Assembly (NCBI RefSeq): GCF_018350175.1
Contig: NC_058382.1
Span: forward strand, 11,532,001-11,596,000
DNA from: Felis catus
Taxonomy: Eukaryota
Reading direction: 5' to 3'
DNA length: 64,000 nt
The position numbers and the translations under genes are program-made. The notes below the pieces were generated by a model. That model was not told the origin of the DNA. It made no database searches and was given only the letters and a program-made list of their open reading frames with translations. Shown here one piece after another: positions 1 to 12,870 of the stretch (positions are counted from its first letter, which is position 1; each line of letters begins with the position of its first letter).

Positions 1-437
1 GGAACCTAGGGGCCTTCTGGGGAGAGGGCTGCTGCCTCCCCACCCAGGTGGTCCCCATCCGCGCAGCCTTGAGGGGCCTCTCCCACCAAAGAGCTGCTGT
101 GCAGGACAGCGGGAATAGCCCTGGGGCTTCCCTGTTCCCAGCCCTGGAGTTCCCCAGCCCCGCTTCCTGGTGGTGCCATCCTGGCTTCTGCCGGCACAGC
201 AGGCCAGCTCCTTCCCCGGTGCCACACCCGCTGGATGGGAGTTTCTGGGCTGGGAGTTTTGGGGCCATTACCCTCCCCAGCCCCTCAGGCCTCTGGAGAG
301 CGGGGCTGAGAGACCCCACGTAGAGGGCGAACCTATGGGGAAGGAGGGAAGGAAGGGGGCAGACCCTAGCCCCCACCGCACACCCTCCTATCCCCAGCCC
401 CTGTGGCCTCTCATCGGCCCCAGGGTCCCAAACCTAC

Positions 438-531
438 CGTTCTTGAAGGCCAGGAACTCAAAGACACTGTGGACGATGGACACGATGATGGTGAGCGCCA
501 GCAGGTAGGGGTTGGTCTCTAGGAGGGCAAC
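438..531 (-). CDS. CLPTM1: CLPTM1 coding exon 9 (VALLETNPYLLALTIIVSIVHSVFEFLAFKN); gene continues beyond the left edge
   Basis: TAG acceptor and GTAGG donor; 94 bp; phase consistent with exon 8; translation recognised as CLPTM1. Confidence 0.95.
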
Positions 532-1251
532 CTAGGGGTGGGGGGAGATGCCGGTGAGCACCATTGCGCCCTTGCCCAGGGGTGACCGCTGCGGCATGTT
601 CGTTAGCCAGCCCCACTCCCCTTCCCCTGGGCCCCAGAAGACCGGAGCCCGGGGGCTGCCCCGGGGCAGAGAGAGCACACTGGCCAGCAGGAGAGTGGGT
701 CAGGACGGGCAGGGGGGCACGGAGAGGCGGGCAAGTGCTTTACAGACGGGAGGCAAGGGGGGTGGAGAGACAGTAATGGGGAGAGAGGCAGAGTGACCAA
801 AACACATGAAGGGACAGCTGGGGTGAGGACTGGAAACTCAACACCAGAGACAAGCCCAGGGAGGCACCACTGAGTCTCCAGGTCACGGACACAGGCCAGG
901 AAGAAAGGTGGGAACAAGAGACGTTCAAGGACACAGTAAGGGGGAGGAGAGACATGGAGTCGGAGCTCAGGGTCAAGGGGACAGGCCGTGGCAGCGGTGG
1001 GGGGGGGAGGGGAACACAGGTCCAGACCCAGAAGGCCCAACCAAGCTGACATAAAGGCTGTGACAAGAAGGTCCACAGGAGCCTCGGAGACAGGACCCCC
1101 GAGCCAGCCGGGGCCTGCCACAGGAGGGGGCCCAGGAGACCGTGGAGCTGGGCAGGCAGCTCGGGCCGGAGGTCCTCAGGCTGCCACCTCCCCTCCCCCT
1201 TCCACTCTCGCTGCCCGGGAAGGTGCTGGAAAGCCCCCTGTCCCCTGTCAC

Positions 1252-1496
1252 CTTCACTGAGTCCTGCTCCTCGTCCGACTGCTCATACAGCTCGTCCCCC
1301 AGGAAGTTCCAGGGCGACTTGGTGCTCTGGGCGGCATAGAGCTGCCAGCGCCAGAGCGACAGTGGGCAGAAGGACACGCGGAGCGGCAGGCTGGCCAGGC
1401 TCTCGTTGATGGGGTAGTAGTCCTTCTGCAGGTTCCAGTAGTCGTTGAAGTAGATGATGGGGTAGTAGTCACCACTCACGGCGTCAAACTTCACAT
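1252..1496 (-). CDS. CLPTM1: CLPTM1 coding exon 8 (VKFDAVSGDYYPIIYFNDYWNLQKDYY...EEQDSVK)
   Basis: CAG/GTGACA boundaries; 245 bp; lies in ORF 973..1554. Confidence 0.97.
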
Positions 1497-2066
1497 CTGC
1501 GGCACGTGGGGCAGGGGCGCCTCTTAGCCCGGGCTGCAGGCCACCGGCACCCAAGAGGCTGGGGAGAGCCCTCGCACCTCCAAGAACGAAGGCGGCACAT
1601 CCAGGGGCCTGCAGGGATCTGACGGGGCCCCTCTGACAGGGGACGCTTTTTGGCTACACCACAAGGGGCCAAGGGACTGCCTGACCTCAGCGGAGGGAAC
1701 AGGGCAGAAAGAGCCAGGCGGACCCCGCCGGAAGGGGACAGCTAGGGCTCAGCTCCAGCCCACGGCTGCCCCATCCATGATTCCAACATTATCGGCTTTG
1801 TGAAAGAAGTCAGAAATCTGGGTTTGTAGGTGATGCTGTCCCAACCTCAGACGTTGGGTCCAACAGCTCAGGAGCCAGGTGAGACTTGCCAGGGGACTGC
1901 TTTTGGCACACACGCGGGCGGTCAGTGCCGGGGTCACCAGAAGGTACAGGAAGGAGAGAAGATAAAGGGGAGTGCTGGGAGTAGTGGGGACCAAAACCCT
2001 CAGGGAGTGGGGGTGGAAAGACAAGGCAACAGCCCGGGCAAGGGCCCGGGGCGGGTGGGGGCTCAC

Positions 2067-2187
2067 ACTGGTCCAGAGGAGGAGGCACGCTGCCCTTCAC
2101 CCACGGCGTGTGGTCGTCCACGATGTTGATGGTGATGTTGGGGTGCCAGTGGGAGATCACCTCCACGGGTCCATAGTCCTCGGCCCT
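2067..2187 (-). CDS. CLPTM1: CLPTM1 coding exon 7 (RAEDYGPVEVISHWHPNITINIVDDHTPWVKGSVPPPLDQ)
   Basis: CAG/GTGAGC boundaries; 121 bp. Confidence 0.97.
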
Positions 2188-3031
2188 CTGAGGGGAGACA
2201 GAGTGAGGCAGGGTTGGGAGAGGGGGCCTCGGAGACACCCGCCTGCTTTCTCCTGAGGGCTCCCGTGACATTTGAGACAGCAGAACAATAACCATCACGG
2301 TGACCACTGGCCAAAGGCTCACCCCGGACGGTCCCCATACCAGCCTTTACAGAATCCCCCCAACTACCTAACAGAGCAGGAGACCCAGGCCTGGGGTCGT
2401 GGATGGGGTCATGTCCCAGGCTGCAAAGCCTGGCCTTGTGACAGCACGGATGTGGGACCCACACGCAGCCTCCGGGCTTGGGGACCATCCCTCTCACCGG
2501 GGACCAGCTTGTAGAGAAAGGAAGGTCTTGGCGCCCATCACGGGTTAACACCCAGCACCCCAGCCTGCCAGGGAGTATTCCTGCTAGAGTCACATCATCA
2601 GGTGCCTACTCTGTGCCAGGGTGAGTCTGGGCTCTGGGGCCTGGCTGCTTGGGTGTGAATCCGGGCCCTGCCGGGTCCTGACTGTGACACTCCGGGCAAG
2701 TCTCCTGGTCTGAACATGGGAACAGTGACAGGACCCTCCCGGCGGGGCTGGTGAGAAGCGTCTAAGTACGCGCGTGTTCAGCGGGCAGAACGCTTGCTCC
2801 GTAGGTGCTGACTGCTGTATGCTTGCCCGGAGTCCTCCCCAGCCTGAGAGGTAGCTCCGACCCCTTACCCGGTTTCCAGAGAGGAAACTGAGGCACAGAG
2901 AGGCGAGGTGGCCCAAGCAAGCCCCCACAGCGGCTCAGTGGGAGTGCCACAGGGGAACCCGCGGACGCCGGCTGCTGGGCTGTGAAAGGCCAGGTGCTCC
3001 CCCAAGATCCGACAGCTGTGCTCGCGTTTAC

Positions 3032-3117
3032 CTTGATCATTTCTGGATCAGCTTCTGTCTCTCCCGTCAACAGGTTCTTGGTTTTCTGAAATCGCCGGCG
3101 CTTGTATTTGTTGATCA
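3032..3117 (-). CDS. CLPTM1: CLPTM1 coding exon 6 (INKYKRRRFQKTKNLLTGETEADPEMIK)
   Basis: CAG/GTAAAC boundaries; 86 bp. Confidence 0.97.
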
Positions 3118-5032
3118 CTGTTGGGGGGGGGGTGGGGGGCGAGGAAAGAGGGGGGACATGAGACCCGCCGGCGCCGGACACCGGACCTCTGCCCACCAAC
3201 AGCCACGCACTGGCCTCCAGCCCGCAGCGGATGAGAACAGTGGCCGAGAGCCGCAACTGCCCCCTCAAACCCCGCCGCCCAATCCCCCAACGTCACAGCG
3301 ACGCCAACATCTGCCATACTGCCCCCGGCAAAGCCCTGGAGTGGCCCTTCTCCAGAATCCGCTCGGTCCGTCCCATCGGCCGCCCCCCACCCAGCACGTG
3401 CCTCGCATCCAACCCCTCCTCCCACCCGCGGGCCACCCTCTCCTCCCGGCCCCCAGGTGGCCCGCTCCTGCCCCCATAACCTTCTCTCCACAAGGCAGCG
3501 ATCCTTTTGAACCAAGGATCAGCTCACGTGCAGCTGCTCTAGAGCCTCCAAAGGCTCCCGCTCCTGGAGCAGGGCGCCTGCCACGCTCACCACGGCCGCA
3601 CCGACCTCCCGCCTTCGCCCGCCTCACTCCTCTCTCCTCGCACCTGCCAACCCCGGGCCTTCCGAGGTGCCGCTCCATCTCCCCGGCACGCATCCGCCCT
3701 GGTCGGAACCTTCCCGCCTGGCTCCTCTGTACCCTTCAGGTCCCTGGTGACATGCTCCCCTTCCACAGGCTTCCCTGCCCACCCCACTGCAGGAGGCCGT
3801 CCAGCCGCCCTCCTTGCCACTTCTGTCTCCTCCACCGCTTTTTGCCCCGGCCCCAAGTTCACCTCCCCGTCGGCTGGCTCGTCTGCTGCCTCGTCCGGTC
3901 TGCCAGCCCCAGGACTGACAACTAGCAGAACCCAGAGACACAAACAGGGGGGCTGTGGACAGTTCTGGAGAAGGCCCGGAGCCACCAATGTGAGAGATAC
4001 TGAGGGGCTGTGAATCCCCAGCCGGCAGTGGACCTCACTTCCCCTTGCAGAGGCCAGGTTGCCTACGGGCTCCCTGCCACCCTGCCCGGAAGACTGCCAA
4101 GGCTTGCCAGGAAGAGGACGCCGGTGCCCGCCTGAGCTCCGTCTCCCCTCCTCCGCCCGGGCCCCGTACTCTTCAGCTCTTCCTCGTGGGAGCACGACGG
4201 CGACCCGCCCCTCCCAGGACTCCCTCCTGCCCGAGGGCCGGGGAGAGAGGGGGAAATGAGAAAGGGAGCGGGCCAAGAGCGGGGGCTCTGGGGTCACATC
4301 CCGGCTCCGGCTCCCCGAGGGACCTCCGGGAGCTACATCGCTTCCTTGGACTTCAGGCCCTCCTCCGGAGAATGGGGTTCAAAGCCCCACCCCTTCTTGG
4401 CAGAACCGCTGGGAAGTGGCTCCCTGCTCTACAGGGTCCCTGCCCGTCACATTAACACCGGCCACAGGGCCCAGATCCCCCTCACCGACTCGGAACCAGG
4501 GCTCGGGACTCTTGGACTCTATGGATGAGCTCAAGTGTGAAAAGGCTTCTGGGAATTGGCTTTTGGTTTCAGGCCAGAGCCTGCTGCTCTCCCCGTCGGC
4601 GTCAACATCACCCACCACTCCTCCCACGTCCATTCATTGGAGACCTTGCCTCCATGTCCAGGGAGAGCAGGAAACACCCGAGGGTGGGCATCCTGGAGGG
4701 AACCTTCCAGGCGGACGTGCCCTGCTCCTGTTCCGGGGAGAGGCTGTCCAGGGAAGGGAGGAGCCGTATCCGGCCTGGCCCCAGAAGGAGAGTGGCTTCG
4801 GCTCAGGTGGCATTTTATGATTTGGTGGCATGCAAAATGGCCTATAACATGAGATGGGCCTGCCTTCCGTGGGGGACAAGAGTCCCCTTTTCTCGCAGTT
4901 ACAGCTCCCGGAACGGCACCAGCCAGTATAGTCAGTGGCCACAGGAGGCTGTGGACACTGATGATGTGGCTGGGCCAGACCGAGATCTGCTGTGAGTGCG
5001 TCACACACACTAGACTACAAAAGGTAAGGCGG

Positions 5033-5272
5033 GGGGCGCCTGGGTGGCTCAGTCGGTTGAGTGTCCAACTTTGGCTCAAGGTCTCACAGTTCATGAATTC
5101 GAGCCCCACGTCGGACTCTGTGCTAACGGCTCAGAGCCTGGAGCCCGCTTCGGATTCTGTGTCTCCCTCTCTCTCTGCCCCTCCCCCGTTCGAGCTCTGT
5201 CTCTCTCTCAAGAATAAAAACATCAAAACAAAACAAAACAAAACAAAACAAAACAAACAAAAACAAACAAAC
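5033..5272 (+). mobile_element. Felid Can-SINE with (AAAAC)n tail, CLPTM1 intron 5
   Basis: ggggcgcctgggtggctcagtcgg head, (CT)n region, A-rich tail. Confidence 0.9.
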
Positions 5273-7365
5273 TTAAGGCAAAGACGAAGATACCTCACCA
5301 ATTTTCCCCATTGATTCCACACTGAAATGACAACGTGTTGACCTCAATAAAACTATTGCTAACACTAAGTGGCCACTAGAAAACGTAAAGGACTTCTGTG
5401 GCTGCTGTTAGCTCTATGACACCATCCTCCTCTGTGCCCTAACTACTGGCCCTCTGGGGACAGAGACAGAGGGGACTTCTCTGATCCCACACTCCCGTTC
5501 TTCCCCCTGGACTTGGTGTGGGACCAGCTCGAGTCCCTCCAAGCCCCTGCTCCAAGGGGTCCTAGCTGCGAGGCCGGGAAGGGAGGCCTGGGGGGTCCTA
5601 GCGGGCTTTTCAGGTCCACGGGCTACAGATGCTATTTTGCAGACCACGCCGACACGTGTCACGCTGACCACGAACATGACCTTAGCCGCGCATTAATACG
5701 GATCACGTTTCACCAAGAGGCAAAACCCCAGAAAATAACACTGGCGTCGGTCGGGGGCAAATGAGAGGCGGGTGAGCCGCCCCCCTCCTGGGTCACGTTC
5801 AAGGCAGCCTCCGAGGTGTCCGGCACATCTAACCCGGAGCTCCCAACAAATCCCACTCCCGGGGCCACACCTGTGGAGTCTACCCACGCAAGCCACGCTC
5901 CCTCCGCTTGCCTCTGCCTGCACCAGATCCCGCTAGCGGATGCCACACATCATGTTCCACAGACACACGCACACGGCAGAGCTCAGCACACACGAGGGGA
6001 CTTCCGCCAATCAGTTCTGGAGACTGAGACAGGGTCATCGACCTTTTGTTTTGCCCAGTACAGGCGATAATGAAAAAATCAGATGGTCCTCTGGGATATT
6101 TTTATACCCTCCAAAATTAGCAAAGACCTAACCCGCACGAGGAGACGTACATCTATCACTGCCCCACACAAAAACAGCCGGAGGGATCTGAACTCAAAAA
6201 GCAAGGTGGGCACACGAGACTCACAAGAAGGGAACGGGAACTTCCTGAGGGAGCCATGGAGTTTCTAGATCTGCTGAAGCCCAAGTACGGTGAGAGAGTC
6301 CTACTGGGCGGCCAATCAGGACACGGTGGACTCCAGGACAAAGACACAAAGTGGGAGCAAAAAGACGCCAGCCACGATCAAGCTCGTGCAAAATGAGAAG
6401 TTGGACCGGAAGGGAAAAATAACTGTGCTCACCACGTGGCTCGGATGCAAACAAGCCACGCCACCGAACATTAACATAATCAAAATCTTACTCCTGTATT
6501 AGGGTTTTCTCTTCCAGAGCAGGAAGCGAAGAAAAATGTCTAAAACTGGAAAACCAAGAAACCGCGGCATCACCCGGTTAATCGGGAAGTGTGGAGGCTC
6601 AGCAACTACCGGAGCTTGAAAGCAGTCGGCTGCAGGGAGTGGGAAGCGGGGGGAAGGGGGCGAGGTGAGGGGAGACAGGACTTGCGCCATCCCGTTGAAT
6701 TACTTGGATTTTAAACCGCGTATGCGCAAGAAGAGTTGAAGTTTAAGATGAAGCCCCGGGCAGAGAAAAACCCCCGGTCAGACTACGTCGGAAGTCCCAA
6801 GTGGCCGGCCCTCCCCCAGGGCCTGTCGGGGTCACTCGGAGTCCCTGGGTTTTATCCACAGAGTCGGGATTCTTCTGGTGAACAGCCAGCGCCAGACGGC
6901 TGGCCGGCCAGAATGGGGACGGGGAGGGGGGTGCCTCATCCAGCCGCGTGGCCCTCACAGCACACTCACCCGAGAACACCCTGGGAGCCAGGCACCACCC
7001 CACAGGACCCCCGAAGGGCAGTGCGTTTGCGCAAGACCCGTTCGCGCGGTTACAGACGCCACGCAGGAGATGAGCCCCAAGTGTCCTCCCGGCTTCAGCC
7101 TGCTTACTCTTTGTTGCTCCCTCACAGACCATTCCGGAACGTCCGCTCCCACCAGGCCTGGCAGCGGGCAGAAGCCAGCCCCGCCCTCCCCCTGCCCTCC
7201 CCTTCTAGGAAGCCCGTCCCGACTGTCAAAAGTCCCTTTCCCTACCTGCTCTCTGACTCCTCCCCCGTCAGCTCCCGGTTGGAGCTGGCCTGCCCACCCC
7301 AGCCCCCCCCCCCACCGGCTGGGGTTCCTGCCTGCCCTTGTGGGCCTGGCGTTGGGGGTGCTTAC

Positions 7366-7483
7366 TCCGTGACATGTGGACGGTGGCGAGCCGGCGGTAC
7401 AGGGCCTTCTGCCGGGGGTCTGGGTGGAAGCCGCTCTTGGTGAAGTAGACGTGGATGTAGATGGAACCGTTCTGCTGGACGCT
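7366..7483 (-). CDS. CLPTM1: CLPTM1 coding exon 5 (SVQQNGSIYIHVYFTKSGFHPDPRQKALYRRLATVHMSR)
   Basis: CAG/GTAAGC boundaries; 118 bp. Confidence 0.97.
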
Positions 7484-9437
7484 CTGCAAGGCGGACCGAC
7501 AGGGGAAAAGGAAGGACTGAGGCCCCTCTCGGCACCTGGCTCCAGGTCCCTGCTCCGGAGTGCTGGCGCGGGCCGGCGTGGCCGGGCGCCCGCGAGCAAG
7601 CCACTGATGTCAGACACGCTCAGGTCCGAGCCCCGCCTCGAACGCACCCTGGCTATGTGACCCTGGGCTCCACCTGGCGGGGCCTCAGTGCCCGGCTGCA
7701 CGACGCAGACGGCCATCCCTGAGCTTACAAGAGCGCCAAAGTGACCCGAGAGCCCCGGCGCGGCCACTCGGGCACGGGGCAGCAGCTCAAGAAACGCCAG
7801 CAGTTCCAACCCGTCCGGCAGCAAGGCAGGGTCACTTCCGCTGGTGACCTCCAAGTCACGCGTGTGTAAGTAACCCACATACACCTGACGCAGCGGTGGT
7901 GTTACTGGCCCCATTTTCCAGATGAGGCAAGTGGGCCTCACGAGGAGGGTCATGTGACATGTGGTGAATAAGCGGATCTGAAGCCAGTCTGTGGGGTCCC
8001 GTGTGGCTCTGTCACCGTCTGTGTCCCCCCCTTCTCTGCCTGTGCCTGTCTGTCACCTACGACCTCCCCAGGAAGGGGACTACTCTCACTCCCACCTGAC
8101 GCAGATGAGGAAACCGAAGACGGTGGTCGTGTGCCTGAGGCCCATCTGCTCCTCAAGCAGAGCTTGGATTAACTTGGCCACACCGTGTCCCCGTCACTTC
8201 CCTGCCTTTTAAGCCCACCTCTGTGTTAATTATGTTTTGTGTATTTTTATTGTTTCAACATCTTGGGGAGGGGGGGGGTCTCCCCTGGCTGGGGAGAGGC
8301 CGCCCCGCCCAGGGCTACTAATTCCTAGAGACAAACAACTCACCTGCCCATCCAAGCCCACACTCCTGCCCACTCCCCTGATCTGCCCGATCTCATACCC
8401 CAAGCTGCCCTGAATCACCCAGCACCAGGTCCACACCGCTGGAGATCGCCCCTCCAGCCCAGAGCCCACCGAACTAGCCAATCCTAAGCTGCTTCCCTTG
8501 CCTGCCTTGCTTTTCCCGTGGAAACTCCGGCAAAGGCTCCTGACCAAACCCGGTGCTTCCCCTGCGGCCCCGAGTGGGAAATGCAAGTAGTAACTCAAAA
8601 TCAGGCACGAGCGAGCCACCTCCCCCCACCCCAAAGCAGCTGGGAAGGAGGGTTAGACTGGACGCTGCGGAGCAGCTCTCCCCACCCAACCTGCGGCCCC
8701 CTCGGCCTTCCTGGGGTCTCGTGGCAAGGACGAGGACGGGGCCGGGAGCTGGGCCTGAGGTCTCGGCCGCGCCACTCCTCTGCAAGCTACCCTACCCGCC
8801 TGGAAAGACTGTGCACGCACCCTACTTCCAGGCACCAAGCCAGAGCAGACATCACTCCCCCCCCCCCCACCCAGGGGCTGAGGAGAAGACCCGCTGGGGA
8901 GAAATGAAAGACAGGGCAGCCCCAGAGAGACGTCCCCACCCACTGGTCCACCGATCCATTACTTTCACTGACACGTGTATTCGCTGAGGTATCGGCCCCA
9001 CGCCGTGCAGGGCTGGGGACACAGTGGTGACCAAACCAGCCCTGGGAGGGACAACCCAGAGCGGGCAGGCTTGGATGCAGAAGTCCAGAGAAGGCCAGCT
9101 GCCCGAGCCTGAGCGTCAAGGAAGGCTCCCTGGGGGAGACAGATGCGGACCTGCGGCTGCCGGAGTCCAGAGCCAGACGGCCTGAGCTCGAATCGCTCAC
9201 GAGCCGTCTGACCTTGTAAGTCACTTAAGCTCTCTCTCTACCCTAGAGGTAGCTGGGAGGATCCCAGACCAATTTCAACCCCACCCACATTTTTCAGATG
9301 GGGAGGCCACGGAAGGCCCAGAGACCTCGGGGACCTCCCTGTGGTCACACAGCGTGAGAACGGAGGGCGGCGCCCGGCCTGGAGCCTGCACTCGGCGGCG
9401 GGACTGGGAGTCGGAAGAAACCGGGAGCTGCCCCCAC

Positions 9438-9596
9438 CTGCGGGATGTCGAGCTCGGCGAAGTGCTCGTAGCAGCCGTCCGAGTTCTCGCCGCTGGTCCA
9501 GTCGCCGTACACGAGGTCGTGCTGCTCCCAGAAGAGCGCCGACGTGGCGTTGAAGTCTGTAAAGTGCTCGTGCTCGGAGATGTACACGTGCAGGTT
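9438..9596 (-). CDS. CLPTM1: CLPTM1 coding exon 4 (NLHVYISEHEHFTDFNATSALFWEQHDL...AELDIPQ)
   Basis: CAG/GTGGGG boundaries; 159 bp. Confidence 0.97.
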
Positions 9597-10740
9597 CTGT
9601 GGGGGGGGGCGGGCGGGGAGGGGGCTCAGGGCTGCGGCCGAGCCTCTGAAGGCTGGGGGATAAAGAGCCGGCAGCACACTGATACCCCCGGTGTTGCGGA
9701 GGGAGAGGAAAGGGGGCAGGTGAAGAACGGCAGCTGCTAGAATAAATGTTTTTTCTCAACCCTCCCCCGCCACCACGTCTGTCTTGCTCCGAGCCTGTGG
9801 CATCCATGAGCAAGAAACAGCCGGAGAACGGCCAGCCTGCCACTTAGAATCTGGGGGCAGCACCTTACTGGCTCGGCTGGCCAGCGACGGAGTGAGTTCG
9901 AGCCCCACTTCTTACTTAGAGAAACAAAGAAAGAAAAGAAAGAAAGAAAGTAAGTAGAATTTGGGGTCAGAAGGGATCAAAGTCTCCGCAATTATCTTCT
10001 CCCTTCTCAGTCTCTTACAGCCTTCTTGGTCAGAGCTCTGCAGGCTTGTGAATAAAGCACAGTCGGAGCGGCAAGAGGGTTAGCTGGTCCCTGAAAACAC
10101 CAGGGGAGTGGAGAAACCAGGCCTCGGAGAGCGCCCTCCCTTCACAAGTCCCCATGGCCATCTTTGTCCAGAGCCCCAGAGGCCCGCTGATAAAGCGCAT
10201 CTGAGCAGCGGGCACCCGCTAACCAGAACTCTGTGCAGTCGGGGATCCCAGAGCTGCGGAGAAGCGTAAAGGCGGGAGGAGTCTGGGTTACCAGGGTCTG
10301 AGCCCTGGCTGCGGGTGCTCCCGAACCCCGGCCACTCGGGATCCTGCAGGACGCGTGTCCCTCGTCCCCCTCTGCCGGGCTCCTCGCTCTCTCCCTCCCG
10401 TTTCTTTCCAACCCGTCCCCCGCACACCTCCCTTCGCAATTCTGAAACCTAAGCAGACTTTTGAAATACCTACAGGCCCTGTTAAAAGAGTTTGCAAACA
10501 ACTGCGTGAAACCTCTGATGTCTCTCTTCCCCACAAAACCAGAATTTACTCTTTCCTTAAGCGTGTTGCTAGATTGACACAGGTCTCATGGGCTGAGAAC
10601 GGACCCGGAGCTCCTCAAGCCCAGACCCGTGCGCGGCCGACAGTGACCAGGGACCTGTCCGTCCCAACTGCTCAAGCCGCTCCCTCACACCCTCCCCCAC
10701 ACCGTCATCTCCCGAGTCTGGCCTCCCAGCCGGCGGTTAC

Positions 10741-10864
10741 CATTAAAGTGTCTTTGGGGAACAGGTTGCGGCTGGCGACGCGCGGGGCTCCTCCGGGGCC
10801 CGCCTGGTCCTGAGGGGCCGGCCCTCGGCGGAACCAGCTGCTGATGACCCAGATGATGAAGATC
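10741..10864 (-). CDS. CLPTM1: CLPTM1 coding exon 3 (IFIIWVISSWFRRGPAPQDQAGPGGAPRVASRNLFPKDTLM)
   Basis: CAG/GTAACC boundaries; 124 bp. Confidence 0.97.
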
Positions 10865-11671
10865 CTGAGGAGGCAAGCAGGACAGGTGGTGAGTCCCAAG
10901 CCTCTTCTTTGCAACGTGGGTCTGCCTGACCTCCTCCAGACTCAGCACGGGCTAGGTAGGGCCTGACCCGGGGCAGGTGGCGGAGCAGGGAGCAGGGAGG
11001 GCCCCTGAGAAGGCAGCCCCTGGGCTGCTGGGAAGACAAGATGCCCCCAGAGGCCGTATCTGGGGTGCTGCCCATGTTTCCCAAAAGGCCCTGGTGGCCG
11101 CGGGGCTGCAAGGGCTTGGACCTTCTAACCTCAGACCTAGGAAACCTAACACGCCAGGCCCCTGGGACCCCAAAGTGAGAGGACCCTAAGAATCTAGAAC
11201 CTCAGCATTTTGGAGGCACGGCACCTTTGAGAGCCACATTTTAGAACTTCAAGTCAACTGAAGTACTTGAGAAGCAGACAAGGAGTCAAGGGTTAGTCCC
11301 AAGTTTTAGTAATGTTGGGCTAGGCGATTCAGGCCAACACTGCGGTTGGAAACAACTTGGAAAAGATTAGTAAAAATTAATATACTAAGAACATATCAAT
11401 GCTGGTTTTCTACACATAATTATGTATCTTGATGTAGCAAAGATACATTCTGCTTGTGGCTCTCTTATGTATGTTTTTTTTTTATCAAGTTTATGTACGA
11501 ATATATGTAAATACATACTATCTTTTTTTTTTAAGTTTTAATTATTTATTCATTTAAATAATCTCTGCACCCAACGTGGGGCTTGAACCCACGACCCCGA
11601 GATCAAGAGTTACAATCTCCACCGCCTGAGGTAGCCCCTGTAAATACATTTTCTTAAAAGCACTGAAGAAT

Positions 11672-12430
11672 ATATCCAAGGGATACAGGTGTGCTGTTTT
11701 TTTTGTTTTTTTTTTTTTAATGTTTATTTTTGAGAGAGACAGAGACAGAATGCGAGTGGGTTAGGGGCGGAGAGAGAGGGAGACACAGAATCCGAAACAG
11801 GCTCCAGGCCCTGAGCTGTCAGCACAGAGCCCGATGCAGGGCTCGAACTCACGAGCTGTGAGATCATGACCTGAACCAAAGTCGGACGCTCAACCGACTG
11901 AGCCACCCAGGTGCCCCCAGGTGCGCTGTTTCAAAGGGACACATGCACCCCATGTCTATAGCAGCACTATCAACAATAGCCAAAGTCTGGAAAGAGCCCA
12001 AATGTCCATCGATGGATGAATGGATAAAGAAGGTGTGGTCTATGTATACAGTGGAGTATTACTCGGCAATCAAAAAGAATGAAATCTTGCCATTTGCAAC
12101 TATGTGGATGGAACTGGAGGGCATTATGCTAAGTGAAATTAGTCAGAGAAAGACAAAAATCATATGACTTCACTCACACGAGGACTTTAAGAGACAAAAC
12201 AGATGAACACAAGGGAAGGGAAACAAAAATAACATAAAAACAGGGAGGGGGACAAAACATAAGATACTCATAAATATGGGGAACAAACTGAGGGTTGCTG
12301 GAGGGGTTGTGGGAGGGGGGATGGGCTAAATGGGGAAGGGGCACTAAGGAATCTACTCCTGAAATCATTGTTGCACTATATGCTAACTAATTTGGATGCA
12401 AATTAAAAAAAAAAATTAAATTAAAAACAA
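11672..12430 (+). mobile_element. 5'-truncated carnivore LINE-1 3' end, interrupted by an antisense Can-SINE (11700-11917)
   Basis: ORF2 C-terminal remnant (ALSTIAKVWKEPKCPSMDEWIKK), L1 3' UTR and A-tail; TSD cactgaagaat at 11661-11671 and 12436-12446. Confidence 0.9.
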
Positions 12431-12870
12431 AAAAACACTGAAGAATGAACAAGACTATAGATTTACCAGGCAAAAACTGAAGGGAAGACTGGAAACAAGA
12501 GAAATGAAACACTACCAGAAGCTTCTTTTTATATCTGAGGACACTTGCCAGGTATTCTGGTGGGTAACAGAAATGCTAGCCAAGACCCACACCGGGTAAC
12601 CAGAGACCTACCACATGAGAAACTAAGACCCCACAGGGCCCCGCACCCAGGACCCAGGAGGCAGGTGAGGCCGAGCCCTCCTCAGGAATCACCTGGTGCA
12701 AAGAGACCTCGGATGGTTGATGCCCCCAGCAGCCAGTGGATGGACAGCATGTCCTCCTGGAGAAAATATGTTCATCCTAGGTCTGAAATTATTCCTACAA
12801 ATAATTCTGAGATGCTCACAACAACTTAACTCTGATGTTGCAGAATCTGTTACAAAAACCCTCAAAATTT

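Noticed and set aside
3158-3925. 255-aa plus-strand ORF in CLPTM1 intron 5
   Set aside because: Pro/Arg-rich product of GC-rich sequence; no homology recognised.
5033-5110. tRNA-like A/B-box sequences here and in every SINE head, and the recurring MAQSVKRPTS ORFs
   Set aside because: These are tRNA-derived Can-SINE heads; no complete cloverleaf, so not tRNA genes or proteins.
6970-6980. 11-nt segment with CAG acceptor and GTGAGT donor in CLPTM1 intron 5
   Set aside because: Poor pyrimidine tract and frame-shifting length; much weaker than the 16131-16145 candidate.
6955-7953. 332-aa minus-strand ORF
   Set aside because: Overlaps CLPTM1 exon 5 in another frame; low-complexity P/R/G/A composition expected from GC-rich DNA; no recognisable domain.
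11943-12167. 74-aa ORF resembling a real protein
   Set aside because: C-terminal remnant of L1 ORF2, not a host gene.
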